DNA of 64,000 nucleotides from Candidatus Enterousia sp. (GTDB taxonomy: Bacteria > Pseudomonadota > Alphaproteobacteria > Rs-D84). Shown in pieces: positions 1 through 9,349 of the stretch. The notes under the pieces were generated by a model, which was given only the letters and a program-made list of their open reading frames with translations, was not told where the DNA came from and did not search any database. The first letter of the stretch is position 1. Every line of letters begins with the position of its first letter. The stretch spans positions 5,806 to 69,805 of the forward strand of contig JAZLCH010000007.1 in NCBI GenBank assembly GCA_045614145.1, read 5' to 3'. A program made the translations under genes and the position numbers.

Positions 1-65
1 CGATTGTGCGGGATACACTGGAAAATGTGCGTGCGCAGGTGCTGGCGCTGTTCAAAGGAGAGTAG
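1..65 (+). CDS. 3' end of an upstream gene (partial, product not recognisable)
   Basis: In-frame ORF running off the window start, ...IVRDTLENVRAQVLALFKGE, ending with TAG at 63-65. Its GGAG doubles as the RBS for the next gene. Confidence 0.3.
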   Translation, partial: IVRDTLENVRAQVLALFKGE

Positions 66-68
66 AGA

Positions 69-680
69 ATGAAAAAAATAATGTTTGTTTTTGCCATGTT
101 GCTTTGCGAAATTGCAAATGCCGCAGTTGATGTTAAATTGGTGTCAAACGCGGAAAAATATTTGAATTCTATTACAGGACTAAATGGTACTTTTGTTCAG
201 ACGGCAAGCGGAAAACAGCAGGCAGGGAATTTTTCTATGCTGCGCCCGGGACGTGTGCGTCTGGACTATGACAATATGCCAATACAACTGATTTCAGATG
301 GACAGGATTTATATTTTTTTGATAAGTCTTTGGACCAAATTACAACTGTCCCGATTACCAGTACGCCTGCAGGGATTTTAGTGCGAAAAAATATAGATTT
401 GAAAAATGCAGATATTAATGTTGTAGAATCGATGGATTATAAAAATTCTTTTGCGTTAAAGTTAAATCTGCGCGGCCAGGAAGGTTTGGGATATATGACG
501 GTTGTGTTTGATAAAAGTCCAGTTAAATTAAATTCATGGACCGTTGTTGACGCAACAGGTGCCAGGACAGATGTCGCGTTTCATGGGCTGCGTCAGAAAA
601 CAGACTTTGGTAAGAATTATTTCCAAATTCAACGACATAAAACAGTCAGTACCAGTGGTGGTGATGATTACTATGATTAA
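69..680 (+). CDS. lolA: Outer-membrane lipoprotein carrier protein LolA-like (periplasmic, signal peptide)
   Basis: 203 aa with an N-terminal signal peptide. Composition and size match the LolA family. First gene of the tatBC operon. Confidence 0.6.
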   Translation: MKKIMFVFAMLLCEIANAAVDVKLVSNAEKYLNSITGLNGTFVQTASGKQQAGNFSMLRPGRVRLDYDNMPIQLISDGQDLYFFDKSLDQITTVPITSTPAGILVRKNIDLKNADINVVESMDYKNSFALKLNLRGQEGLGYMTVVFDKSPVKLNSWTVVDATGARTDVAFHGLRQKTDFGKNYFQIQRHKTVSTSGGDDYYD

Positions 681-685
681 ATAAA

Positions 686-982
686 ATGTTTGGAATCAGT
701 TGGGCAGAATTTTTCGTTATTTTATTGGTGGCGGTATTAGTTGTGCCGGTACGTTTGTGGCCTGATGTTGCACGGTTCTTGGCACGTGCGGTTAATGTGG
801 TGCGACGTGCATTGTGGAAAATTACAGATGTGTCCGAAAATATCAAGCAGCAGATAGAACTGGAAAAACCTATTGATGATTTGATAAAAAATACAACAAA
901 TGATGTGTTGGATTCCTTTTCTGATGTGTTGTCAAAAAAACAAAAAAAGCCGAAAACCGTGCGTAAAGGGCGTGTAAAATGA
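686..982 (+). CDS. tatB: Twin-arginine translocase subunit TatA/TatB family (TatB-like)
   Basis: MFGISWAEFFVILLVAVLVVPVRLWP: an FG motif, a TM helix, a Pro hinge, then an amphipathic helix. It overlaps tatC by 4 nt. Confidence 0.7.
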   Translation: MFGISWAEFFVILLVAVLVVPVRLWPDVARFLARAVNVVRRALWKITDVSENIKQQIELEKPIDDLIKNTTNDVLDSFSDVLSKKQKKPKTVRKGRVK

Positions 983-1686
983 AGCAGATGACGCTGTTAC
1001 AACATTTTTCGGAATTGCGACGCAGAATATTGTGGGTGGCTTTGATTTTTGTGCTGGCGTTTGTTGGTGGGTGGTATGTTGCACCAGTGTTACAAGATTT
1101 ATTAACTGCGCCTTTGTTGTCGGTATGGGGCGATGGTACGTTGCTGTATACCGGGTTGTCAGATGGTTTTATGATTCGTTTTTCATTGGCAACAATGTTT
1201 TCATTGATTGTTGTGTTACCGATTATCTTGTGGCATGTGTGGGCATTTGTCGCACCAGGATTGAAAAAAGATGAACGTCGATTAATTTGGCCATTGTTGG
1301 TCGCGTCGCCTTTGTTGTTTTTAGCCGGGGCGGGATTTGCATTTTATTTCTTGTTTCCGGTTGTTTTTAGGTTCTTTGTTGAATTAAATCAATCGGCGCC
1401 TGTGCCAAGTGTCTTGTTGCCGGTGGCGCGTGATTATTTAGCATTTGCAATCGGGATGTTAAAAGTATTTGGTGTTGCATTTCAATTCCCACTGTTAATG
1501 ATTTTGTTGAATAGAATTGGTGTGTTAACCCGTTCGGCGGTATTGAGAATGCGCAGATATGCCATTGTTTTGATTGTTGTCGCGGCCGCGATATTAACAC
1601 CGCCAGATGTTGTGTCGCAAGTAATGCTGGCGTTGCCAATGTGGGTATTGTTCGAAATCAGCATTTTGTTTATGCGTCGTGATTGA
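979..1686 (+). CDS. tatC: Twin-arginine translocase subunit TatC
   Basis: 235-aa polytopic membrane protein. The N-terminus LLQHFSELRRRIL is typical of TatC, and it has the expected 6-TM layout. Confidence 0.85.
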   Translation: MKQMTLLQHFSELRRRILWVALIFVLAFVGGWYVAPVLQDLLTAPLLSVWGDGTLLYTGLSDGFMIRFSLATMFSLIVVLPIILWHVWAFVAPGLKKDERRLIWPLLVASPLLFLAGAGFAFYFLFPVVFRFFVELNQSAPVPSVLLPVARDYLAFAIGMLKVFGVAFQFPLLMILLNRIGVLTRSAVLRMRRYAIVLIVVAAAILTPPDVVSQVMLALPMWVLFEISILFMRRD

Positions 1687-1706
1687 TTTTATGCTATAAT
1701 AGTCTT

Positions 1707-2906
1707 ATGAAAAAAATCATTTGGATTTTTGCAGGTGTTTTGTTGTCGCAAACTGCGTGTGATTTGCAACCTAAGATTCAGTCCTTGCCCGATTCGGTTG
1801 GAGATTTTATTTCTGCACGATATCCAGCATTGTTGGCAGACCCAAATGTTAACCCAGAAATTTATAATTCAGCAGTAACAGACTATGGCGTATATGCATC
1901 ACCTGATTTATATGGTCATGACGAGGCGGGGGATTACGTTACATATGCATCAATTGATGATTATATTATCCCGCCCCAGGCACACATGTCTGAATATGGT
2001 ACCCCACCTGTGGATGCAGGCGCAGAAATTGTAAAAATACAAGATACAGAAGTTGCGGCAGACGATTATTTGCGTGTCCCAGATCGAATTGCAGATAATG
2101 TCAAGACAAGGGATGATGTTCTGGAAATTCAAAAGCCAAAATCAGGCGTCCAGACTGTGACACGTGTGGAATTAGATACGGTGCGTGTTGCGCCAGGTGA
2201 TACACTGTATTCTTTGTCGCGCAGGTATTCGGTGCCGGTAAATGATTTGGCGGTTATGAATAATCTGCAGGCGCCATTTAATCTGATTGTTGGACAGGAA
2301 ATCCGTGTGCCAAATTTGAAAGACGTTAGGGTTGCGAATGTGGTAGAAAAAGAACCACAAAAAGTACCCGCGACAGAAATAAAAAAATCCCAGAAATCCA
2401 GTGTAGAGGTTCAGAAGAAAGAAACAAAAACTGGGGTGGCGCAGGATGTTGTGGTGGTAAAAAAAGATGCACCGAAAAAAATATCGTCTGATCCAACAAA
2501 AAAGTTGCCAAAGATTACATCACGATCTTCGTCAAAGTTTTCATGGCCGGTGCAAGGCAAGATATTGTCAAACTATGGTGCGAAATCAAATGGACTGTTT
2601 AATGACGGGATAAATATATCTGCATCACGGGGCGGTGCGGTCAAGGCGGCTGAAAATGGCGTTGTTGCGTATGCAGGAAATGAAGTAAAAGGTATGGGAA
2701 ATCTGGTTATAATTCAGCATGCCGGTGGTTGGATGACCGTGTACGCGCATATGGATGAAATGAATGTGCGACGCGGCGTGCGCGTAAATGTCGGACAGAA
2801 AATCGGTACAATTGGTCAAACGGGTAAAGTGGACAGTCCGCAGTTGCACTTTGAAATTCGCAAGGGGACCAAGGCGTATAACCCGACTGCGTATTTAAAA
2901 AAGTAA
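1707..2906 (+). CDS. nlpD: LysM / M23 metallopeptidase lipoprotein (NlpD-like)
   Basis: Lipobox LLSQTAC. A LysM motif (DTLYSLSRRYSVPVNDLAVMNNL). A C-terminal M23 domain (GINISASRGG...HLHFEIRKG). The ORF-table start at 1683 is probably upstream of the true MKK start at 1707. Confidence 0.8.
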   Translation: MKKIIWIFAGVLLSQTACDLQPKIQSLPDSVGDFISARYPALLADPNVNPEIYNSAVTDYGVYASPDLYGHDEAGDYVTYASIDDYIIPPQAHMSEYGTPPVDAGAEIVKIQDTEVAADDYLRVPDRIADNVKTRDDVLEIQKPKSGVQTVTRVELDTVRVAPGDTLYSLSRRYSVPVNDLAVMNNLQAPFNLIVGQEIRVPNLKDVRVANVVEKEPQKVPATEIKKSQKSSVEVQKKETKTGVAQDVVVVKKDAPKKISSDPTKKLPKITSRSSSKFSWPVQGKILSNYGAKSNGLFNDGINISASRGGAVKAAENGVVAYAGNEVKGMGNLVIIQHAGGWMTVYAHMDEMNVRRGVRVNVGQKIGTIGQTGKVDSPQLHFEIRKGTKAYNPTAYLKK

Positions 2907-2910
2907 TAAT

Positions 2911-2935
2911 GGTCACGTTTCGTGACCTTTTTTTA
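2911..2935 (+). terminator. Rho-independent terminator after nlpD
   Basis: Perfect palindrome GGTCACGTTTCGTGACC followed by T8. Confidence 0.7.
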
Positions 2936-3004
2936 TGAATACTGTCAAATAATATTTTTAAATACCATTTGCTAAAGTTTGTTTGTTAACAAGGGGGAGA
3001 TTAT

Positions 3005-4216
3005 ATGAAAAAACTAATTTTTATATTATGTGTGTTACTGGCGGTGTTCTTGATTGTTTGGGTGGTTGCGTATATGCATAAATCGCCAATAGTGCCAAAC
3101 AGTGATTACCAGGCATCGAATCGCGATACACAAATTGTTATTTACGATATCGATGATTTAGAATTGACTGCATCTGAAATTATCCCAAGGGGCGGGTTTG
3201 ACTATATTCGTGGTGGGGCAGAAACAGAACAGACAATGATGCGAAACACGTCGTCTTTTGACGAGGTGGATATTGTCCCACGTGTGCTGACCGGTGTGGT
3301 AGAACCAAATATTTCAACCAGTATTTTGGGCGTCGATATTTCTTTGCCTGTGATTGCTGCGCCGGCGGCTGCGCATGGTCTGGCGCATGTCAGTGCCGAG
3401 GCGGGAACTGCGCACGGCGTTGCGGCGTCAGGAACGATTATGAGTGTAAGTACATATGCCAGTTCAACACTGGAAGAAATTGCGCGCGCAGGGCGTGGCG
3501 CGCCCCAGTGGTTTCAGTTGTATCTGAGCAAGGATGAACAAGCGAATCGCCTGTTAATAAAAAAGGCAGAAGAGGCAGGTTATAGGGCAATTATTCTGAC
3601 GGTAGATGCGCCGGTTGGTGGAAACCGTGTGGCGGATTTGCGTAATGACTTTAAATTTCCGCTAGAGATGCCAAATGTGCCAAAAATATCCGGAAAAACC
3701 AAGGGGCAGGGGATAAGTAAAATTTTTGCGGCATCAAAAAATGACTTAACACCATATGATGTTATGTGGGTGAAATCTGTAACCAAATTGCCAGTAATTG
3801 TAAAAGGAATTCAACATCCTGATGATGCAGAATTGGCAATTTGGGCGGGCGCAGATGCTGTCTGGGTGTCAAACCATGGTGGGCGACAACTGGATGGCGC
3901 GCCAGCGGCGTTCGAGATGCTGCCGGAAATAGCAGAACGTGTAAATAAACGTGTGCCAATTATTTTTGACAGCGGTATTCGACGCGGTCAACATATATTC
4001 AAGGCAATCGCCAGCGGGGCAGATGTTGTCGCAATTGGGCGACCGGTTATTTATGGTCTGGCGTTGGGGGGATGGCGCGGTGTTGTCGATGTGTTCGATT
4101 GGCTGAAAAAAGATTTGCGACGGGTTATGACATTGGCGGGGGCACAAAATATTGAAGATATAAAAAATATAGAATTACGCAAGAAATGTATGATGCTTAG
4201 GTGTGAAAAAATCTAA
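3005..4216 (+). CDS. FMN-dependent alpha-hydroxy-acid dehydrogenase/oxidase (lactate oxidase / LldD family) with an N-terminal TM anchor
   Basis: TIM-barrel motifs of the glycolate/lactate oxidase family: ILTVDAPVGGNR, SNHGGRQLDG, VPIIFDSGIRRG. The N-terminal 25 aa are hydrophobic. Confidence 0.75.
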   Translation: MKKLIFILCVLLAVFLIVWVVAYMHKSPIVPNSDYQASNRDTQIVIYDIDDLELTASEIIPRGGFDYIRGGAETEQTMMRNTSSFDEVDIVPRVLTGVVEPNISTSILGVDISLPVIAAPAAAHGLAHVSAEAGTAHGVAASGTIMSVSTYASSTLEEIARAGRGAPQWFQLYLSKDEQANRLLIKKAEEAGYRAIILTVDAPVGGNRVADLRNDFKFPLEMPNVPKISGKTKGQGISKIFAASKNDLTPYDVMWVKSVTKLPVIVKGIQHPDDAELAIWAGADAVWVSNHGGRQLDGAPAAFEMLPEIAERVNKRVPIIFDSGIRRGQHIFKAIASGADVVAIGRPVIYGLALGGWRGVVDVFDWLKKDLRRVMTLAGAQNIEDIKNIELRKKCMMLRCEKI

Positions 4217-4218
4217 TA

Positions 4219-4248
4219 AAACCGCCGTATAGGCGGGTTTATTTTTAT
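4219..4248. terminator. Bidirectional rho-independent terminator
   Basis: ACCGCCGTATAGGCGGGT hairpin with T-runs on both strands, between convergent genes. Confidence 0.65.
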
Positions 4249-5210
4249 CGCATGTGTGATTGTTTTAGTATTGCGATTCCGTCATGAAATTTTTTGCCGT
4301 TTTGCAGTGCTGTTTTTATTTGTTCACGCAGATATGTGTCGGATGGATATTGTGATATATCTGTTGATGATGTGTTGAATAGGAATTTTGATAGACTGGA
4401 TTCTGCTAGTTGGTGCAAAATGTCAAAGCGTTCGCGAAATAATCGTATGTTTGATTTTTGTGGCAGGTATGGTTCCAGATTTTTATCCATCAGCCAACTG
4501 TCGATAAACATATTTGGGTTTGGGGGGCATTCTGGGAAATATGTTGGGATATTTTCTTGGGCGCGGTTCAATGATTCTGAAACCGATTCGTTTGATAGTT
4601 TTTGGCCACGTGGGACATGTATATTTATACAGTATTCGTGTTTTGGGGTAAATTTTGGAATTTGGTAATCGTATCTCATTAATTCATATTGTAGACGTCC
4701 AAATTCAATAATATGTGCATTGATAAAAAAACTGCCCCAGATTAATTGCGATATTTCAGATCCTTTTATTTTATATACATCCAAGCCGCGTGTACATGTT
4801 TCGCTTATTCTGAAGCGATGTTTGTCTTCTTGATAGCTGTCAAATTTTCTGGATTTCATGTTTTGTTGGTGTGTCTTATATCCAGACAGTAGAATTAATG
4901 CAGGTAGCGGGTCGATTATTTGACGCTTTAAATCATGTGTCCAATTGTATTTAGTAGGTGAAAATAGGTATTTGTTTAAAATGTATGCGCCAGCTTGTAA
5001 GTCGGGTGATGATTTAAATTGTGTTATGTATTTATTGAATAGTTTTTGAAAGTTTTGGTGTTGGTCTAAGCCATAAAATTGCATGGCGGAATTAAAATCA
5101 ATGGAATTTAACCAACTTCTGATTTTTTCTGGGTTTGAATCAATGCTGGATATGTCGTGTGGGGTTATTGTAAAACCGATTTTATGTAATGTTGCTGAAT
5201 TGTTTGACAT
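4245..5210 (-). CDS. Hypothetical protein, 321 aa, N/K/S/Y-rich
   Basis: Long ORF with an RBS and no recognisable motifs. It lies next to tRNA-Lys. Confidence 0.5.
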   Translation of the reverse strand: MSNNSATLHKIGFTITPHDISSIDSNPEKIRSWLNSIDFNSAMQFYGLDQHQNFQKLFNKYITQFKSSPDLQAGAYILNKYLFSPTKYNWTHDLKRQIIDPLPALILLSGYKTHQQNMKSRKFDSYQEDKHRFRISETCTRGLDVYKIKGSEISQLIWGSFFINAHIIEFGRLQYELMRYDYQIPKFTPKHEYCINIHVPRGQKLSNESVSESLNRAQENIPTYFPECPPNPNMFIDSWLMDKNLEPYLPQKSNIRLFRERFDILHQLAESSLSKFLFNTSSTDISQYPSDTYLREQIKTALQNGKKFHDGIAILKQSHMR

Positions 5211-5348
5211 ATGTGTTCTCTTTTTCCTGTTGTGTAAAAGTATTCATTTTATATGCATTTTTAGATAAATGTAAATAAGATTATAAAGACTTGCATTTTC
5301 TGGAATTATGGATATAATTATCCCGCTGATAAGAAAAAATCCGGTTTT

Positions 5349-5424
5349 GGATGCGTAGCTCAGTTGGTAGAGCAACTGACTCTTAATCAGTGGGTCCAGG
5401 GTTCGAGTCCCTGCGCGTCCACCA
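5349..5424 (+). tRNA. tRNA-Lys (anticodon CUU)
   Basis: Cloverleaf GGATGCG/CGCGTCC acceptor, anticodon loop CTCTTAA, T-loop TTCGAGT, encoded CCA. 76 nt. Confidence 0.9.
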
Positions 5425-5432
5425 AAAATAAA

Positions 5433-5459
5433 CGGTCACGAATGTGGCCGTTTTGTTTT
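5433..5459 (+). terminator. Hairpin and T-run immediately after tRNA-Lys
   Basis: CGGTCACGAATGTGGCCG followed by TTTTGTTTT. A near-identical copy lies at 5581-5604. Confidence 0.6.
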
Positions 5460-5568
5460 GAATGAAAGCGCGGATGAGAAACCGTGAATGGGTTCGCGCT
5501 ATTTGATGGCGAAAAGGGGTACATAGAGTAAAAACGAACAATGGAATATATGGTCTATTGTTGCGTCT

Positions 5569-5604
5569 GCTAAAAATAAATGGTCGCGAATGTGGCCATT
5601 TTAG
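5569..5604 (+). repeat. Second copy of the CCAAAAATAAA-hairpin segment (direct repeat of 5421-5456)
   Basis: ctAAAAATAAAtGGTCgCGAATGTGGCCaTTTTag versus ccAAAAATAAAcGGTCaCGAATGTGGCCgTTTTg. Confidence 0.6.
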
Positions 5605-5751
5605 TTGCGTGCGTTTATTATTATAAGAAAAAAATCCCAGAAATAATGCGTATGCGTCAGGTATTCATACCTATATAAATTTCTGATTTGTATTGATAGA
5701 ATTACGGTGTAGACATGAAACATAAAACATAAAATACAAAAAGGAGAGAAA

Positions 5752-6366
5752 ATGAAAAAGTTAGCTTTATCAACACTGGCAGTGCTGATGGCCTGCCCGG
5801 CATTTGCGGGTATTAATCATCCAGACCAGGGCAGCAGCTGGCAAATGTGGGGTATGGACCCATATATTGGATTGAGAGGAGGTATGAGCTATTCAAACCT
5901 GAATTATAAATATAATGGCAATAAGGAAGCCATGACAGATTATATCTTTCAGGGGCGTGCCGCATTAGGTTTGGAAGTGTGTGATACGGTTCGTTCTGAA
6001 ATCGAATGGTCTTATTTTGGCAAATTGTCTGATTCTGAACGCTTTGGCAGCGCAGGCAGCGTTGATGTAGAAGCCAAGATGCAGACCTTGTTGTGGAACA
6101 ATTATATGGAATTTGGTTCGTATAAAATCGTACGTCCATTTGTTGGTGTTGGCGCAGGTATTGCAATGACAGATGTTAAGCGTCATGGCGATTTGATTCC
6201 ACATCACAGCAAGGATGAAACGCGTTTCTCGGCAATGGGAACATTGGGCGTAACATTCGATATGGAACGCTTTGCGGTTGATTTAGCTGCGCGTTATACT
6301 TATGTAGATATTAATTCTGGTCTGCATAACTTTGGTGGTGATGTTGGTATTAGATTTATGTTCTAA
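5752..6366 (+). CDS. Outer-membrane beta-barrel protein (OmpA-like/Omp25/OmpW-type small barrel)
   Basis: Signal peptide, alternating amphipathic strands, C-terminal ...GIRFMF ending in Phe, RBS AAAGGAGAG. Confidence 0.65.
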   Translation: MKKLALSTLAVLMACPAFAGINHPDQGSSWQMWGMDPYIGLRGGMSYSNLNYKYNGNKEAMTDYIFQGRAALGLEVCDTVRSEIEWSYFGKLSDSERFGSAGSVDVEAKMQTLLWNNYMEFGSYKIVRPFVGVGAGIAMTDVKRHGDLIPHHSKDETRFSAMGTLGVTFDMERFAVDLAARYTYVDINSGLHNFGGDVGIRFMF

Positions 6367-6626
6367 GCCCAAAAGAGTGAAAGAAAGTACCCGCAGTTGT
6401 GGGTGCTTTTTTTATTAAGTGGGTTAAGGAATGTGGGAAAATTATGTGCCGGTGTCAATATATATTTGATTGTGATTTATTGGGATTTGTTTATTGTCAT
6501 ATTGTTTGTGATGTAAAGTGTTAAATAATTTTATGCTTGTACTCTTTGGGGGGCAGGTACAGATGGTTAAAGAAAAAAAGCGAAAGTGACGAAATAAAAT
6601 AATGCCCCATGTTTTGGGGCGTTTTT

Positions 6627-6983
6627 TTATGCCAGTTTTGCCAGGGCCAGTTTGTTTAAAAAGCCTTCTTCAATAGCGCTGAGCAGTGAGTTTAATCCTT
6701 CATTTGTGTCGCCATCGTTTTGTAGTTCTTCAAGATGAGAAATTATCTTTTCGCATGATTTTACTAAATCACGATTAACGAACTTAGGGTTCAAGATATC
6801 TGCCTTGAATACTGTTTTTTTGTCGTTGGCCATGAAGTACGTTTCTGCAATTGCGTCGGTCCAGGTGTCGATGTCTTCGGTCAAGCGGTCAAATAATAAA
6901 TGCTGGGAATAATTATCTGTGGACCAATGATTTATTTTACATGCATATTTGAACGCAATTAAATGTTGCATTAATTCATACAT
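6627..6983 (-). CDS. Hypothetical protein, 118 aa
   Basis: ORF with the RBS-like AGGAGAGAG upstream and no recognisable family. Confidence 0.45.
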   Translation of the reverse strand: MYELMQHLIAFKYACKINHWSTDNYSQHLLFDRLTEDIDTWTDAIAETYFMANDKKTVFKADILNPKFVNRDLVKSCEKIISHLEELQNDGDTNEGLNSLLSAIEEGFLNKLALAKLA

Positions 6984-7177
6984 TTTCTCTCTCCTTTTTT
7001 GTTGTATGCATAATTGACATTATCATGTTTCTCTTTTGTGCGATACAGGATTGATGTCAATGTTTGCTGTACGCATGATTTCCTAAGGATTATAGGGATT
7101 CAAACCTGGGGTAATTGCTAAAAAAATATAGTAAAGTATATGTGTGTAACCACAAAGGAACATAAAAGGAGAAACAA

Positions 7178-7735
7178 ATGAAAAATTCAGGTAAAAAAAT
7201 GTTAACGTTTGCGTCTTTGATGGCGGCGATGGCGGTTCTGTCGGGCTGTATGATGGAATGTCCGGGAAAAAAACATCATCATAAAAAAATGATGCATAAT
7301 AATTCGCGCCCAGTTGAGGTTGTTGAATCTGATACGATTGTTGTCTATCAGACATATGAAAATGCAGATGTTAATTCTGTATATGCTAAAATGTATACCC
7401 ACAGCAGCAATGGTGGTGAATCAAAAATGGGGCACATTAAATTCAAAGATACAGATAACGGTCTGAAAATGATGGTAGACTTAAAAGATATGCGCCCAGG
7501 TGTTCAATATAACGTAAAACTGTATCAGTGTGATATGTGTTATAACGATGTCAAATGTTGCAATAATTCTAAAAAGATGAATATTAATTTGCCTATGTTG
7601 CAGACGGGGATGAGTGGTCGTTTGGATCAGACATATATGATTCAGGGTATCAGTGCCGCACAGTTGAATGGTGCAAATATCTATCTGGAACGTGATGGCG
7701 GGTACAAGGCTGGATGGGGTAAATTGGAAAAATAA
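7178..7735 (+). CDS. Lipoprotein with a degenerate Cu/Zn superoxide dismutase (SodC)-like fold and a His-rich N-terminus
   Basis: Lipobox LSGC, then KKHHHKKMMH. The segment GHIKFKDTDNGLKMMVDLKDMRPGVQYNVKLYQC aligns with the SodC G-V-F-DkGl-V-L-gL-PG-HGFHIH core, but the metal-binding His residues are replaced. Confidence 0.4.
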   Translation: MKNSGKKMLTFASLMAAMAVLSGCMMECPGKKHHHKKMMHNNSRPVEVVESDTIVVYQTYENADVNSVYAKMYTHSSNGGESKMGHIKFKDTDNGLKMMVDLKDMRPGVQYNVKLYQCDMCYNDVKCCNNSKKMNINLPMLQTGMSGRLDQTYMIQGISAAQLNGANIYLERDGGYKAGWGKLEK

Positions 7736-7774
7736 GATTCCTTGTCCCAGTAAAAAAATCGCCCAGAAAATTTA

Positions 7775-9349
7775 ATGGGCGATTTAATTTTTATTCTTTG
7801 CTTAAGAAATAATTCTTATATACTGTGGGGCATGAGATGTTTGTCAGCTTTCTTTGTAATCTTGCTGTCTGTTATTCATGCTGCATGGTCGGGTGTGATT
7901 GGTGGTGATGCATTTGTTTCCGCGGATTTTGTTATTGAAAACGGTGATTTTTATATGCCCGATTCATTACATGTTTCTGGGGTGGTGAAAATAGAAAATA
8001 ATGGGATTTTGAATACTGATGTTTTTGTGAATGATGGTGCAATATTGTTTATAGAAAATCATTCTGGTGTAAATTCTGTATTTGATTTGGGGGATGGTGC
8101 ACAGGTGGTTCAGCTGATTTCAGATGCAGATGATATGAACCCAATTAACTTTAACGTTCCGTATTCTGTGTTGGTTGATGCGGCCAATATGTTGGCGTTG
8201 ACAGATGTAATAAATTTTGCAAATGGGGCAGATAAAATTATTCTGGATGATTCTGTTCTGGACATCAATGGAATCGCAGCCGGCAGTGTGAATAACATTG
8301 AACTGCGTGGCGATGTTTTCTTGGTTGTAGATAGCGTTGATGATTTATCTGATGTGCCATTTATATCAGGTGTGTCTGGCGCGGGAAGGGTACATGTCAT
8401 TTCACCGCAATTAAATCCTTTGTTTACGGATGTTGCGCGATTACGTGGTGGTGATTTGTATCTGGAACGCGTTCGTGTTCAGGATTACGAAAAGGTTTTT
8501 AATAACGATATGGGGCGTTATTTGAACGCATTACGATTAAAAAATAAAAATGATAAATTACTGTATGCGTTGGATTCTGCCAAAGATATCGATTCTTTCT
8601 ATAGTGTGTTAAGGCACAGTGTGCGTTTGAACAATAAAATGTTGGCGCGACCACTTAGAATTTTAAATGCATTTAATCGCTTTGAATCTGATGGTGTGAC
8701 ATCTGCGGATGTGTGGGGTGTAATGTCAGATGAATTCTATGCTTATGGTATAGGTGCGGGTGTGCGCGAAAATATAATGTCAAATTTGAATGTTGGAATT
8801 GAATTTGCTATTGGTAAAGTGAATTATGATGGTGATTATGATGTTTATGCGGGTGATTTGTTTAGTGCAGACCTGTCTGCACTGTGGAGTCTGAATGATA
8901 GTATAGCGGTTCGCGGAATTGCAGGTGTCTTGTACCAGAATACAGATGTTGGCGATGTGTTTTATGGGAATCATATTTATGAAAATCCAGATGTGATGAT
9001 GTGGGATTTAAAGGCAGATGTCGGTTATAAGTTACTTCTTGCCGATTCGTTTTATTTGGATGCTTATACAGGGCTAAATTTTAATGGTTATAGTGTGACG
9101 GGGTTTGTTGATAATGATTTTGATTTGTATTCAGGTGTAAATCTGGGGTATGAATTTGATGCAGTTGGTATAAGATATGATTGCCACATTGGCGCAAATG
9201 TGAATGCGGATTCAGATATTGGTGTGCATGGCAGCATAGGTTTTATGTCTGATATGGATATGGTTGGTGGTAACGTGAATTTTACTGCAATTCATATGTT
9301 TGATGTTATGACATACAAACTATCACTGGGTGTGCGTTTTTTATTCTAG
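7775..9349 (+). CDS. Autotransporter-like outer membrane protein (type V secretion); likely true start at 7832 (MRCLSAFF...)
   Basis: A signal peptide at the internal Met, a beta-rich passenger region, and a C-terminal beta-barrel ending ...LSLGVRFLF. Confidence 0.55.
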   Translation: MGDLIFILCLRNNSYILWGMRCLSAFFVILLSVIHAAWSGVIGGDAFVSADFVIENGDFYMPDSLHVSGVVKIENNGILNTDVFVNDGAILFIENHSGVNSVFDLGDGAQVVQLISDADDMNPINFNVPYSVLVDAANMLALTDVINFANGADKIILDDSVLDINGIAAGSVNNIELRGDVFLVVDSVDDLSDVPFISGVSGAGRVHVISPQLNPLFTDVARLRGGDLYLERVRVQDYEKVFNNDMGRYLNALRLKNKNDKLLYALDSAKDIDSFYSVLRHSVRLNNKMLARPLRILNAFNRFESDGVTSADVWGVMSDEFYAYGIGAGVRENIMSNLNVGIEFAIGKVNYDGDYDVYAGDLFSADLSALWSLNDSIAVRGIAGVLYQNTDVGDVFYGNHIYENPDVMMWDLKADVGYKLLLADSFYLDAYTGLNFNGYSVTGFVDNDFDLYSGVNLGYEFDAVGIRYDCHIGANVNADSDIGVHGSIGFMSDMDMVGGNVNFTAIHMFDVMTYKLSLGVRFLF

